The notes beneath the pieces are model-generated. The model saw nothing but the letters and a program-made list of their open reading frames with translations. It was not told where the DNA came from and did no database searches. From Penicillus capitatus (taxonomy: Eukaryota > Plantae > Chlorophyta): DNA of 64,000 nt. The position numbers and the translations under genes were made by a program. The stretch spans positions 1-64,000 of the forward strand of contig OZ287716.1 in assembly GCA_965649825.1 (NCBI GenBank), read 5' to 3'. This document shows positions 38,623 through 51,379 of the stretch, piece by piece. Positions within the stretch are counted from its first letter, which is position 1, and the number at the start of each line of letters is the position of its first letter.

Positions 38623-40068
38623 ATGCACTTCTCAGTGCCGCAGTCACTCGTTCGAGATACGCACTTCGTCCGCGTCTGGCACTTGCGATCATCGCGGCAA
38701 CATGCTGTTCGTCACAGCCACGCCCCAGCCGAGCACCCGGAAGAGATAGACGCGCCGGCCGCGACACCTCCACTGACGTGGGTCAAAGTAACAACATTAC
38801 AGCTGTGCCCATCTCACAGCTCACACTATTAGAGCGTCAGAGAAACGCGCAATAGTATTGTAGCGTTCATGCACCGCCAGAACTTTGTTCCCGCTTTCGT
38901 CTCCCTGCTGCGAGGCGACGGCTCGGATCAGGAAGCCGTCGTCGTCGATCGCACAGATGCGGTAACGGTCGATACGAACGCATGTCGTGTCATTCCTTTC
39001 GAACTCAACAAAGTAGACGTCTATAGTTTTCCATCCCTTCAATGCATTCAGCATCCGACGGTCCAAGTCATGATCGATCGAAAGATGAAAAGAAGCTTGC
39101 CCAATCGACGGAGGGACAAATTCAAGTTAGGATTAGTCATCGAAGGAGGAGGCATGCGCGGAGCTGTATCTGGGGCGATGTGCATGGAACTGCGTCGATT
39201 AGGATTCTTAGACGTTTTCGATGTTGTGTACGGCAGTTCAGCCGGTGCCATTAATGGAGCTTATTTTCTCACAGGACAAGAAGCGGGGATGAATATCTAC
39301 TTTGAGCATCTCACCAGTAAACGATTTATTGATTTTCGTCGTCTCTTTGGACCAGATCCCGTTCTGGATCTCAATTTCTTGATTGATGATATTATGGAAG
39401 ATGTGGTGCCGTTGGATTGGAAGGCAGTATTGAAGTCCAAGATTCCATTGAAAGTCATTGCCTCTTCGTTGAATCACATGACATCCGTAACGCTGGGAGG
39501 ATTCAGAGACAAAGCCGATTTGGTGACAGCCCTGAAGGCATCGTGCACTGTTCCCGAAATCGTGGGCCCACCCGAAGAGCTCTACGGACACAGACTGGTA
39601 GATGCCGCCGTCTTCGAGCCCATTCCGTACAGAGCTGCCATCCAAGACGGCTGCACACACGTCTTGTCACTCTGCAGTCGTCCCCGACCTCGTGGCGCAA
39701 GCGGACGCGTGCGTCGTGCAATGAAACAGATCTTGGATCGCACTATCAAGAGATTTGTATTGAGTCCGCCTTACATGGAAGGGGCGTGGAAGGTCGAAGT
39801 GGAGGAGATGCTGAAGGCTGGTGGGATGGATGCAGATGATCTGATGTTGCTGACCATGATGCAAGGATTACAAGGGATGGAAACGACGCCGATGGACGGA
39901 CACATCTTCGCCATTTACCCATCGCCCGATCACATCATCCCCCCGACGACCATCGACGGTGAGCTGCTGCGTGTTGGAGCAAGAGATGCACGGAAAGCAG
40001 TGGATGGACTGTTCGAGCCGTTGGCGAAGAATACCGAGACTCCAAACAGGTCTTGGCTTTTCGTTTGA
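38623..40068 (+). CDS. Patatin-like phospholipase with an N-terminal targeting-like exon
   Basis: LVIEGGGMRG, DVVYGSSAGAING (nucleophile GxSxG) and LVDAAVFEPIP. Exon 1 from 38623 splices in frame to the 1.2-kb exon. Confidence 0.88.
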
Positions 40069-40176
40069 TCCAAAAGTGAAGTGGCTTCGAATTTCTTATT
40101 GTTTGTCTATTTGTCTGGCAGTTACGATGAACAGTTACGAATGCTATGTGTCTGCTGATTGGATCGGTTTGCAACG

Positions 40177-40181
40177 TGTAA
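40177..40181 (+). terminator. TGTAA poly(A) signal downstream of the patatin gene
   Basis: First TGTAA I found after the TMEM33 and patatin stops. Confidence 0.45.
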
Positions 40182-40259
40182 GTAAATGGACGGGTTGAGA
40201 AAGTTGTTTTTGTATACACACGCCCACTCACCCACTCAAGCAAACATGTCTCAGTGGGA

Positions 40260-43200
40260 TCATGAGTCGATGACATGGGAATTGTCACTTGCACAAGAAG
40301 CATCGGAAGAGACAGAAGTCTTTTTGCTTCCAAGAGAGGAACGCAGACGTCGTCTAAACTGTCCAAGTTTAGATGTCTGATCGTTGACCATGGCAGAGAG
40401 GATCTGTCTTTGGGCATTGTCGAGGTAAGAAGAGGCCACCTGCATCAGACTCTCCATCGAGGCGACCAGCTGACCACGCAAAGAAGAATCGAGAATCTGG
40501 CATAGGCAGGGAAAGGGCCTTGCATTCTGTGATGCACACATGGAGTGACTCACTTCAACACCTTCCAGAATAAGCAATGAATCGAAGATGGCTGTGGCAG
40601 TGAGGCGCAGTTGCAATGGAGTGGTCGCATCGGGAGAGGCCTCTTGCAAAGCATCCAAGAAGCCTGGAATTTGCTTCAGGACAAATGTGGCATGGACGTT
40701 GCATTGGGAGGCAGCTGATGAGAAAGCTTTCAGGGCAGTCAGTTTGACCTGAATGAAGGCACACGCTGCGACTCATGCATTTCAGAAGAAACAGAAGGAA
40801 GACCCGAGGCAGATCGGACGTCATGATGTGCTCCGCAGCAGCATACACCTTTTCCATCAGTTCTGAAGAATTGGGATGCATGGTAGCGATCTGTCGCAGG
40901 GCTGTGATGACATGCAGTCTCACAGAGAGATCTGTATCTTTTGCCAGCCCAGAGAGCACTGTAGATAGCAGTCACGAGTGTCATGGCAACATCGAGACTG
41001 CAGGAATACCAGGTGCGATGGTGGAGAAGATATCTTGGTAGGATGCACGGAGGCACAATGCTTCAGCGATCAATGCAGCTCCGCATTTGAGTGTTCCTCC
41101 CGCGGAAGTGGAGAATTGCACCATGAAGTTCGTGAGGATTTTAAAGGTCGAGGGAAAATTACCCGAAAACACAACAGCTGAGATAAAAGCCTGCAATGCG
41201 AGACATCAGACATCGACCAGAGCGAACAATGATCCATGCCATACTTGCTTGTTTTCGATGGCCCATGGAGCTCTGGCAGGGTCATTCGTTTTGAGAAGAG
41301 AGTGCACGAAGTTGTGCAATCCATCTTCTTCGCCTTCCGAAAAGATACCGGCAAAACTGATAGGAAAAACGGAAGCTCTGTCTTCGCATTCCGGTTGCCG
41401 CCGCTGCATGACATCCATAAGCGCCTTTGATCTTGTCAGGCAGGCGATGGGATGCACATCATGCAGACCAGAAGCGGCCAAGAATAGAGGTTTCATGGCC
41501 CCTTCTGTGATACACCATTCTGAGAGAATCATAGGCATTCAGATGTGACAGGTCCTTTTCGCGAGTGACTGACCAAACGCTTTGTGTGTTGCTCTGACAG
41601 TGGATACCAATCGCTCTCTTAGTTTTAAACACTCACTCACCGGAGCGATGTGACTGATGATCGAAATGATCGACGGGAGAATCTCTCGCACAAAGACGTG
41701 TGCTTCGGAGGTTGTTTCGGTCTCCTGGGTTTCGTCAAACCACTGCTCAAACGCCAAGGCTCTCTTTTCTGAGCCGTGTTCTGTGGTCATGGCATTCGTG
41801 GAAGATGAGAGACGGATTGTGAGCAGATATGACAGACCTGAATTCAGTGAATTGCGTTCCTTGTCAGCAGCGGGGGTCAATGGATCATTGCTCTCGGATT
41901 CTGACATATATGGCACTCAGCAGAATCCTGCGATGTTGATCGTGAAGTGCACTCACTTCTGAGATTGTGCGTCACCCAGAACGGAATGCCTTCCATACAG
42001 ATCTTCGCAAATTGAGGCAAAACTGCTTCGAAGAGATTGAGTAAGCTCAGAATCTATTCTCATGCCATTTCAAGACTGTTTCCGAATGTACGGTATACCT
42101 TTTTCTGCTGAGGGCTCTTGGGAAGTCGACCTGGCATAGTTCCCGATTCGTCAGATGCCTTGTGAGTCTTGTTTGCCGCTGGAGCGCTCTCCAAAATCTC
42201 GTGAACGTCTTCGAATATTCGGCGTACGGCACGTCCGTCAAGATGCAGGCCTCCCCGGCTATCTCTCAGTACTGGCACCAGTTCTGCAAATGCCGCATCA
42301 GAGACTGTGGCCTCTGCGTCTGTCACAAAATCGATCAAAAGGTCTTCGACCTGTAAACAGAGAAGATAGATGCTTAGATACTGATGTCTGGTAAGTACGG
42401 CATGTTCTTTGTGCGATGGAAAGTCGGCCACTTTGAAGCAGGATGAGAGACTCATCAGTGCAGCTCTTCGTACGAGCACATGAGGATCCGTACTGAGTTG
42501 GCGAATCAGAGAAAGCAAAAGGGAAGATCGGATGTCTTCTTCGACATAATGGCAAATGACTCCCAGTATCTCAGCCACCATCAGACGCTTTTCGTGCCTC
42601 TTCGCCCAGACAATACACGAACGCATGATTCGATTCGACGAAAAGGGCATCTTACCTTATGGTTGGCAAGCTCACAGCATTGAGGGATAATCTCTTGGTT
42701 GATTCTTTGGCTGTCAACGCTCTCGGCCAGAAGCTCAATGCCATGAACCATGCTCTGATAGCCACTGTCAGCAACGATAGCTGATGCGATATGCCTCTCT
42801 CACTTGTCTCTGCTCATCGTCTGGATGCTTGATCAGATTAAAGAGCATCGACTGCAGTGCCATTCTGCCAGACACATCAGGGTGATCACGGGAGAGGGCA
42901 ACCAGTACAGGAATGCAGTCTACAGACATGCTCATCGAACATGTTTGACAAGAGGCCATAGCTACCAGATCGTTTTTTGATGAGGACGTTGGGGACTATC
43001 TTTGGTAAGTATTCCATCAAGATGGTCAGCAGCTCGGTCGAAGGCATATGCATCGGCGTTTTTGGAAGTGTTGTCGAATTCCATGGAGTCATTGGTTCAC
43101 TGTCAACGTCACCGTCTGTTGACACACCCGTCAATGTGACATGCTTCGTAGAACTGACATCGGGTGTCATCACTCTTTCACTCTTCTCTGCTGAATCGGA

Positions 43201-44226
43201 TGCAACACCATCGCTCTTGTTATCACCCTGTCAGCCAAAGCACAGCACGTCACGACTAACCTGACCAGAAAGGCAGCCAAACCACCTGTAGTTCGGGAAC
43301 AGATGCGGCTGAAATTCCGTTCGCCTCTACTGCATCCCCACCCCCGTTACTCTTCTGTTGCATCCATGCCATTATGTATAGTATTGATAAGATGACAGTG
43401 TACTTCAGAATCCTTTCCCTGTTCTTGGACTTGGTGATAGTATTGGGCTAATGTGTGCCCTGCTGGTTGTTTTTTCTCGAATTCAGGAAACGCTTCTTCT
43501 TGGAAGGTCAAGGCAGTCACTTTGTACCCGCATTGCAGCAGATATGCCATGACAACACTATTCAAGTGTTTTCTATTACCAAACAAGACGTCACCTCTAT
43601 TCAACCGCGAGAACGCATCGACGCACTTCTCATCTCCCACTCCGTTTTCTTGTTTTGGAGAAGAGGAGAATTCTGCTTGCATCTCGGGAGATATCGCATC
43701 CTCTGCGGATGTTGCATACATCCCAGAGTAATCCTGATCCCCATCGAGGTATCGTAGGGCGAATCCAATCTCTGTGCCTCACTTTGGTCTGTTTCAGATC
43801 TTCCGTCGCGACACGAAGTTCGTACTCTGCTAAACAGAGCTTCTGTTCTCGCTCTTTGGCCAACAGGATACTGCTCAGGGCTGGACAAGCAAAAATGAAT
43901 GCGGTTGGGGGTATAGGGGGCAAGGGACGCACCATCTTCGCCTTGGAATCTCTGAACCTCCTCTGGAGGAAAGCGTGAGGTGTCGCTATAGAAGTTCTGC
44001 AGAAGGAAAATGATCATGTCGCTGCAGAGCGCTGCTTGCCTTCAGGAATCGCAGGTCAAAGCCTCCGAGTTCTTGCCCTTCCACCAAGAATTCCAGCCCT
44101 GTGAGGTAGAGCCCGTTGCCGATGAGATACTGTGAAACCTGAAAGAAACGACGCATCGTTTCCGTTCAATTCGAACTGAGGCAGCATTGCCTGTTCAGTT
44201 GTGAGAGCGCTTTGCACCGCAGCCAT
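40260..44226 (-). CDS. RELCH: RELCH/KIAA1468-like LisH and HEAT-repeat protein
   Basis: VSQYLIGNGLYLTGLEFL; KHLNSVVMAYLLQCGYKVTALTFQEE (LisH); YLPKIVPNVLIKKR; LFNLIKHPDDEQRQ; HEAT-like repeats. The first two introns are GC-AG. Confidence 0.88.
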
Positions 44227-44939
44227 GGCTGTTGTTCAAAATGCACCGTGCCTGAAACGACTTATTAATAGCGACGAACGAATGACGGCAGAGCAGGCGA
44301 ACGAACAAACAAACAGACGTCAGTCATTACACTCCGTCATCTACAGAGCCACAAGAGAACAGTCGATTTTGAAGGAGGGGGAGACAGAAAGCACGGGAGA
44401 CAGTGGAGACTATCTCCTGCTTGGTTGGATACTGTCATTACGCATCCTTGTCTAAAAAGCCAACCCACAGCATATGTCATAAAGGCAGGAGCATCAGGGA
44501 AGGGCATGATGCATCCTCATCGGAGCGCAGGATCAAACAGAAGCCATGTGCACAGATGATGAATGGATGGGACGCAATTACCGTCAAGATTCATCGAGCC
44601 TTGAAGGAGTGCGAGACGTCCGAGTTGTGTCTGGATCACCTGAAACGTGCGCAACGCCATGACATCACTGCGCATCTCTCGTTTCCATAATCTGAGCAAC
44701 AGATCGGGTCACATCACGGAGAAGCAGCCCGTTGGCTCGGTAAATGCAGCAGTCTTACGCGTTTCTTCCAAGGAATCGCTTGCTCTCGCCACGCATACGA
44801 CTGAGGGGCACGTTACTCTTTCCGCGAAGAGACGACGCTCCGTGTCGCATGTGGTGCATCAGACATCGACGGGCGGCTCTCGCGATCATGTGGTCGATGC
44901 GCGTCACGCAATGGCGATGATCGTCTGAAGGGTCGGTGG

Positions 44940-45969
44940 ATGAAAAGACCCCGATCTCTCATGGCACGAATCTTGGACGCTTTTCGAACGGGATCCAGCA
45001 CACGAGGGCGTCCCATGTTCATGTGGGAGCCTCCGTCTCCTTCGGTGTGTGAATGCCGTCTTGGCTGTGCTGCAGAACAGACCGGCGAAGCATCAATCGC
45101 CCAGAGCTGTTGGAACTTTTTCGCCTGTCCCGAGGATCTGCTCAAAACGGTCCTGCATCCTAACCACCTTGTTCCCTTGAGAGAAGCATCTGTCCCGTTG
45201 TTCAGTCTCCGAGGCAAAGCTAGACAAAATCGTGGATTTTAGTTTAGCTGTTGTGGCGGGCTATATCACAGATCCCTTCTCATCGCGGACGGCCAGACGA
45301 AGACGCCTCGTTTCGTTCAGTCATGCGACAGGAGATGGCTTTATGGTGTTCTATGTTTGCCTCTTCTATCTCCCAGCTTCTGCTCTGTGACAGATTGGTT
45401 GTGTGGAAAGGGTATTGGTGCATCCATCGTTTGCATCGGATGTCATTCTGAAGAAGACCATTGAAAGAATCACGCAAGATCTGCAGCGCATGGGATTGGA
45501 AGAAATCTTTACCATTGCACCAGACGACTTTGAAGAGGTCTTTGCTTCCTGCGGATACGGACCGGATCCAGAGAAACATGTGCTACTGAGACTGACCCCT
45601 GACACAGCGTCTCTTTCAACAAAGACCGCAATGTTCACACAGACAGCGAAACAGAAACAATTGCTGCTTGGTGAGCTGTTCTGTCCCACTTCATTCCTCT
45701 TCAGATTCGCTTTCTTCGCTTTCTTCAGCTTCTCTGAGCCACTCCACAAACTTCTTTGCCTGAGAGAAAGGGAATTGCAGGCAGCAACTCGTTTTGGTGT
45801 TGTCTTGCCTTGTTGTAAAATAAGAGATCGTCTGGATCCGTTGCGTTTTCTTTCTCTGAGGCCCATGCGAGGAAAGCGTCTTCGGTTACCACGTCTTCAT
45901 TGTAAAGAAGCTGGCAGATGTTGGGAATTATGGGACCTAGCATGTGCCCCCAATGCAATGACTGATTGA
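44940..45969 (+). CDS. GNAT-fold protein (plastid GNAT/NSI/Ycf52-like); 5' and 3' ends uncertain
   Basis: Spliced TDRRSINRPELLELF|VSEAKLDKIVDFSLAVVAGY...RLVSFSHATGDGFM|IGCVERVLVHPSF...FASCGYGPDP follows the GNAT1-3 pattern. Introns at 45150-45205 and about 45345-45393. Confidence 0.65.
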
Positions 45970-48303
45970 AAACGTCCTCTCCCTTGAAGAACTCCTCGAA
46001 CGAAAACATCAACTCCACCTTGATCGCATGTATCGTCATCGTGCAAGATCGGAAAGGATTGCAGAACCTGGTCATCGTCATCCTTCAGGAATTTCTGCAG
46101 AATCGGTGACCACTTTTCCAAGAGCCTCTTCAAGATGTTAAAGAACTGTTTCTGTTCGGGAGCTTGGTTTAAATCAAAACGTTCTTCGGAGAAGAGATGA
46201 CGGTAGACTGGTCGAATGTGTGGCGGCGGCGGCATGCACATTTGGAGGAGGGTAATGAAAATGTACTTCGCACATTCCACAAACGTCCGCACCTCTGCCA
46301 ATTTCAACCCGTTGAGCTCCAAGATCACATTCTCCTAGAACGAACAAACACAATGTGCCACTCCGATGAGCGATCAGAAATGCACCTCGCTGAACTGTTG
46401 ATGGACACAACGAAGGAATGTCTCGGCCACTTCCCGTGCAAAGGACTGATCCGGATCCAGAACACCTGCCGATCCCGTGCTATCGTCTTCGGAATCGTCC
46501 CCATCGCTGTCGTCGAGTTCATCCAGATACCTGAAAGGGCAAAATTCCTGACAGATCTGTTCGGAGAGGTATCACTGTGGTAGCGGTTTGGCAATGGAGA
46601 GGAGTTTTTCATGAGTTCCGTGCGGAAGCGGCCACTTGACTCCGGCTCCGTGTTCACCGACAAGAGCATTGTCAAAGTACGCGGGTCGTTCAATTCGCAC
46701 AATGGGTGCTCCATCCCGCAGACCACGTGCTGCTCGTAAAGCAATTTCTTCTGGACCCTTCATCTCGTGCAAACCGACAGGAGAGTCCAAACTTTCATTC
46801 TCTTCCGATGTCTATCAAACAGACAACGTCTCATTGCTGTCGCATTCCTCAGGGCGATGCATGCTTTGGGAATGCATGGTAGACAGAGGGAAAGATGATG
46901 GAACGGTGGGACAGTGTGATTTCGGGCAATGACCACACCGAATGACAACACATTGCCTTCATGAACGACAGCATTGTCGTGCACGACACAGCCAGAGCAA
47001 ATAACAGATCCTGTGATTTGCACATTCTTGCCCACAACGACGCCGTCAAAGAGATAGCTGCCGGAGATGGCGCTCTCGCTGCCAATGGAACATTCCTTTC
47101 CGATCACAGACTCCGTCACGCTAGTGCGGTTTCGGATAACTGTCTTCGGTCCGATACAGACCCGGCCATTCAACTGTACGGACAGCGGCAGCTTCAAATC
47201 GGATGCCAGATACTGATTGCCGCGTTGGATCTGGTAAGTCGCGCCGTAGATAGCCCTGGTAAAGATACGGGTATCGGGGGAAAAGGGATAGGTCCATCGG
47301 CCAAGAATATCTCGACTGACGGCATCATATCGACGCCAATGTCGCACACGTTGTGCATACTCCCTGCGACACTCATGGAAGAAGATCTTGTTTCCGAGCT
47401 CTTCTTCAGACAAGACACCACCGAGAAAATCGCACGAGAGGTTCTGGTAATCAAAGTTCTCGGAGAATGATAGCAGGACCTCTGGAGCACAGATGTAGAG
47501 TTGAGCATCCAACAAATCTGTCCGCACCTGAGACACCTTCTCATCGCGGCCGACAGTAAAGGTGTGTGTCTACTTGAACAGAATCGCGTTCAGAGAAGAC
47601 ATATGTCTCAAACTCCAGAGACGCAGATCTGGAAGCACGTTTCGGCAGGTGGTACTTCAAGAGCCTATGCGTTTCGCTGTCCACGACGGCATGGCTGAAG
47701 GATTCTCCCAGCATCCATCGCTGCTTGGTATCATGGCCACTTGTCATGACGACGGTTAAGATCGCATTGGAATCCTGCTTTCTTCGATGTCGATGTGCCT
47801 CCACTGCTTCTTTGAGTTTCAGATTGGCTACGAAGTCGCCATGTAGCACCAGGAAATCGCTCTTTATCATATGCATCTGATCCACAAAACGCATCGCGTC
47901 GCCAACGGAGCTGCAGTTCTGCCCGATGATCGTGCGGACTTTCATAAATTCGGAATCCTCTGACCACTTGGATTGTTTCAGATAAGATGTCACCTGTGCT
48001 GTATGATGACAGCAGAACACCAAAACCTTCTCGCACAGATTTCACCGTTTTCTCCATCTCACACTTTTTTCGCACCTCATCGACGTCATTAGCAGCCAAC
48101 CACTCCAAGGAATACTCAATGAGAGGAACTTGAATCAATGGCAGCAGCACTGGTGCACACTCGACGCTCACAGGGGCAAGACTCTGGAAAACAGGATGCG
48201 AAGGGCAACATCAATCGTCGAAATGTACGTTGTCAAAGGTGTCTGCTAAGAGAATGGCCACTAGAGTCGTTCTCTCTTGAACAGTCTCTTTTCTGGGCGC
48301 CAT
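45691..48303 (-). CDS. EIF2B5: Translation initiation factor eIF2B subunit epsilon
   Basis: LVAILLADTF, VLLPLIQVPLIEYSLEWL, SVGDAMR...SDFLVLHGD, hexapeptide repeat region, W2 domain ILELNGLKLA...YNEDVVTEDAFLAW and terminal KKFVEWLREAEESEE. Confidence 0.95.
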
Positions 48304-48406
48304 CCGCGTCACGGCCAACAAGGTGCAATGTCAGCACACGATGATCCGAAACGGACAATTGTTCTCGACAGCAATTGCAACAACGACCGCACCCGTCTGT
48401 CGCAAA

Positions 48407-50265
48407 ATGGATAGGACACACCAGAGACGCATGGCTGTCGTGGCTGGACACGTGGTGAAAGAAAAAGCCGCGCCGAAGAAAGACAAGACTGGAACCCTGA
48501 CGCTCACAGACAGCCGAACGAACGCAACTTACACCGTCGGTCGCACAACAGTGCATCCTCCGTCATGAGATATACCTCTCTAGATTCCCATCTCCAATCG
48601 AGGGACGGTCAAGGCTGTGGACTTCAGGAAGATCAAGATCAATGCAGACGATCCGGGACTGAAGCTCTACGATCCTGGGTAATCGATTTGTCCATCTCAA
48701 CTCTCTTGTGAGGTGCTTTCGTTCTTAGCTACATGAATACGGCACCTGTGGTGTCCTCTATTTCGTTTATTGATGGAGAGAAGGGCATTCTGCGTTACAG
48801 AGGTTATCCCATCGAGCAGTTGGCTGAGAAATCATCGTTTGTGGAAGTGGCCTATCTGTTGATGTATGGGGAGCTGCCTGCACAAGAGGAGTTCGATCGA
48901 TGGAATGAAGCAGTCATGAGACACACGGCGCTTCCTGCATCTGTCCGAGCGGCAATCGATGCACTGCCTCACGATGCCCATCCTATGGGAACCATCTTGA
49001 CAGGAATGTGTGCTCTTTCGACCTTTCATCCAGAACAAAACCCAGCGATGTCTGGACAGTCCATTTACCAGAACAGAAACGTACAGGACAAGCAGATAGT
49101 CCGTATCTTGGGCAAGGTACAGAGTGTAATGGTAATGAGAGGAATGTACGAGACGAATGGATTGCTCTGTCTGTGCAGATACCGTCACTCGCAGCTCTGG
49201 CATACCATCGTGCTTCAGGCAGATGTGCCGCTGAGCCGAATCAGTCTTTGAGCTACGTCGAGAATTTCATGTACATGTTAGATGCCGGTCCCAGAACAGA
49301 CTATCGACCGCATCCACGTCTCGTCAAAATCTTGGTAGGCCAATGCAGAAATGAGGGCGCATGACATCTGTCTGTGTGATGATGTTGACAGGACATCTTG
49401 TTTATTCTTCATGCAGAGCATGAGATGAACTGCTCGACGGCAGCTGTTCGTCATTTGGCATCGAGTGGTGTCGATGTCTTCACAGCTGTGGCTGGGGCAC
49501 TAGGAGCTCTCTATGGTCCATTGCATGGCGGCGCCAACGAAGCCGTGCTGCACATGCTTGAATCGATCGGAGATGTGCAGAACATCCCTCACTTCCTGGA
49601 GAGGGTGAAGAAGAAAGAGGTCAAGCTCTCCGGATTCGGTCATCGTGTTTACAAGAATTTTGATCCGAGGGCCACCATCATACGCACAGTGAGACCAGAC
49701 AGACCGCTTGGTTGACTTAGTGAGAGGAATGTGTCTGTTGTTGCATCTCAGTTGGCAGATGAAGTGTTCAGCATTGTGGGATACGATCGGTTGATCGATG
49801 TTGCCGTGGCGCTGATGAAAACAGCATTGTCCGACAGTTACTTCATCGAGAGGAAACTCTATCCCAATGTCGATTTTTTCTCTGGATTAGTGTACAGAGC
49901 CCTTGGCTTTCCACCTCAGTACTTTACGGTCCTCTTTGCCATTCCTCGGTATCTCTGAATGACATTTCACACAATATACGAAAACATGCATAACGCATTT
50001 CTGTTTGCAGAATTGCTGGTTATCTGGCACATTGGAGAGAGTCTTTGGCCGATCCTGATGCGAAGATCATGCGACCGCAGCAAGATTACAATGGCATCGC
50101 ATTAAGAGCTTATCAAGACATAGAGGACCGAGCACCGATGGGTGAGATTACAGGTCATCACACTGTTCTAAAAAAGCTTATTCGTGATCATCAGGCACCT
50201 CAATGAGTGACATCGCGCCCTCGAATGCCTACAAGCGACGCATCGCCGGAGCACATTGGAAATAG
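48407..50265 (+). CDS. CSY: Peroxisomal/glyoxysomal citrate synthase with a PTS2 signal
   Basis: PTS2-like RMAVVAGHV; YDPG|YMNTA; [13 protein letters not shown]; [10 protein letters not shown]; [11 protein letters not shown]; [14 protein letters not shown]; YPNVDF. Stop TAG at 50263-50265. Confidence 0.95.
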
Positions 50266-50441
50266 ACGATGACATTTGTTTTTAGGAACGGGCCGTTACA
50301 AAGACGATCATTGAGAGTTCGGATCGTGTGTATAGTGGTGGTGGTGGTGGTGCTTGCAAGAATGAAATTGTACAGAAACAATGCATCCAGTCCTTTGTCT
50401 TGATCGACTGCGAATCCGGTACTCTACAATGATACGGTTTT

Positions 50442-51301
50442 TCAATAGAGGAAAGCACATGGCCTTGCATCTTCTCCCAGACCCGCGATCTTTCCAGAGT
50501 GCTGTCTGACGTACTCCAGATTTGGGTAGTAGCGTTGAATCAGACGAAAAAATGTGCAAGCTGTCAGCAGACTGTCAGAGCCTGCTTGATGGGACGTGCC
50601 CACCCTCTTCACATCCAAAGCCTCTGCCAGTCGACTCAGCCCTCCCTGCAGCTCCGCCATGAATTTCACCACAGGAAGATACTTGATGTCGTAGAGATTA
50701 GGGAAGAACAATTTCACCAGCTCAAAGAAATCCGTTTCCTTTTCGGGTAGAGGACGACATGTGAGTGCTTTGAGGAGATAACCAACATCATATTGTGTTG
50801 CAAAGCCGACCCAGTGGACCGTCTCGTTGAGAACCATACCCGATGTCATGAGCAGTTCAGAGAAGTGATGGATATCGACTCCGTGGTCATTGTTCGTCTC
50901 GAAGTCGATACCTGCCTCTTGTAGCAATTCCAGACTGTCATGAGCATAGAGATCCACTTCGGGACTAAATTCCTTAAAATTCAGTTGCCATGAGCAGGGC
51001 CGACCCTCCACGACAGGCAGCTCCCCGTTTTCATCCATAAGAGTCACGCCTAGCTGAATCAATTTGAGCATATCGACGTTCAGTTTCAACGCTTTGTATT
51101 CGCCCGCTTCGGTCTTGTCCAACGAGCTATGAACAGAGCCTCAGCAAAGACGCCACGATGCTGGCTGTCGCACCGGACAAGTGTTCCAGGAAACTCCGTG
51201 TCGAAGGCAATGTAGGGGTAAATGTCGACGAGTTTCGACATCAAGTTTATTTCTTCTTCCAAGTTCACTTCCCAAACGTTGCGAATAAACGGCCGTTCCA
51301 T
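50442..51301 (-). CDS. CAF1: CAF1/POP2 (CNOT7/8-like) deadenylase
   Basis: VWEVNLEEE...[32 protein letters not shown] and [10 protein letters not shown], i.e. the DEDDh residues are present. Confidence 0.95.
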
Positions 51302-51379
51302 TCTTTTGTGTTGTCGTTGGCAATACCAGTGTGCAAAAGAGATGAAATCACGCAGAAAGGTGTCACGTCGTCGTCTCAA

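Noticed and set aside
50335-50352. (TGG)n microsatellite and the nearby CAG/CAA poly-Gln tract at about 55725-55750
   Set aside because: These are ordinary short tandem repeats with no sign of a special role.
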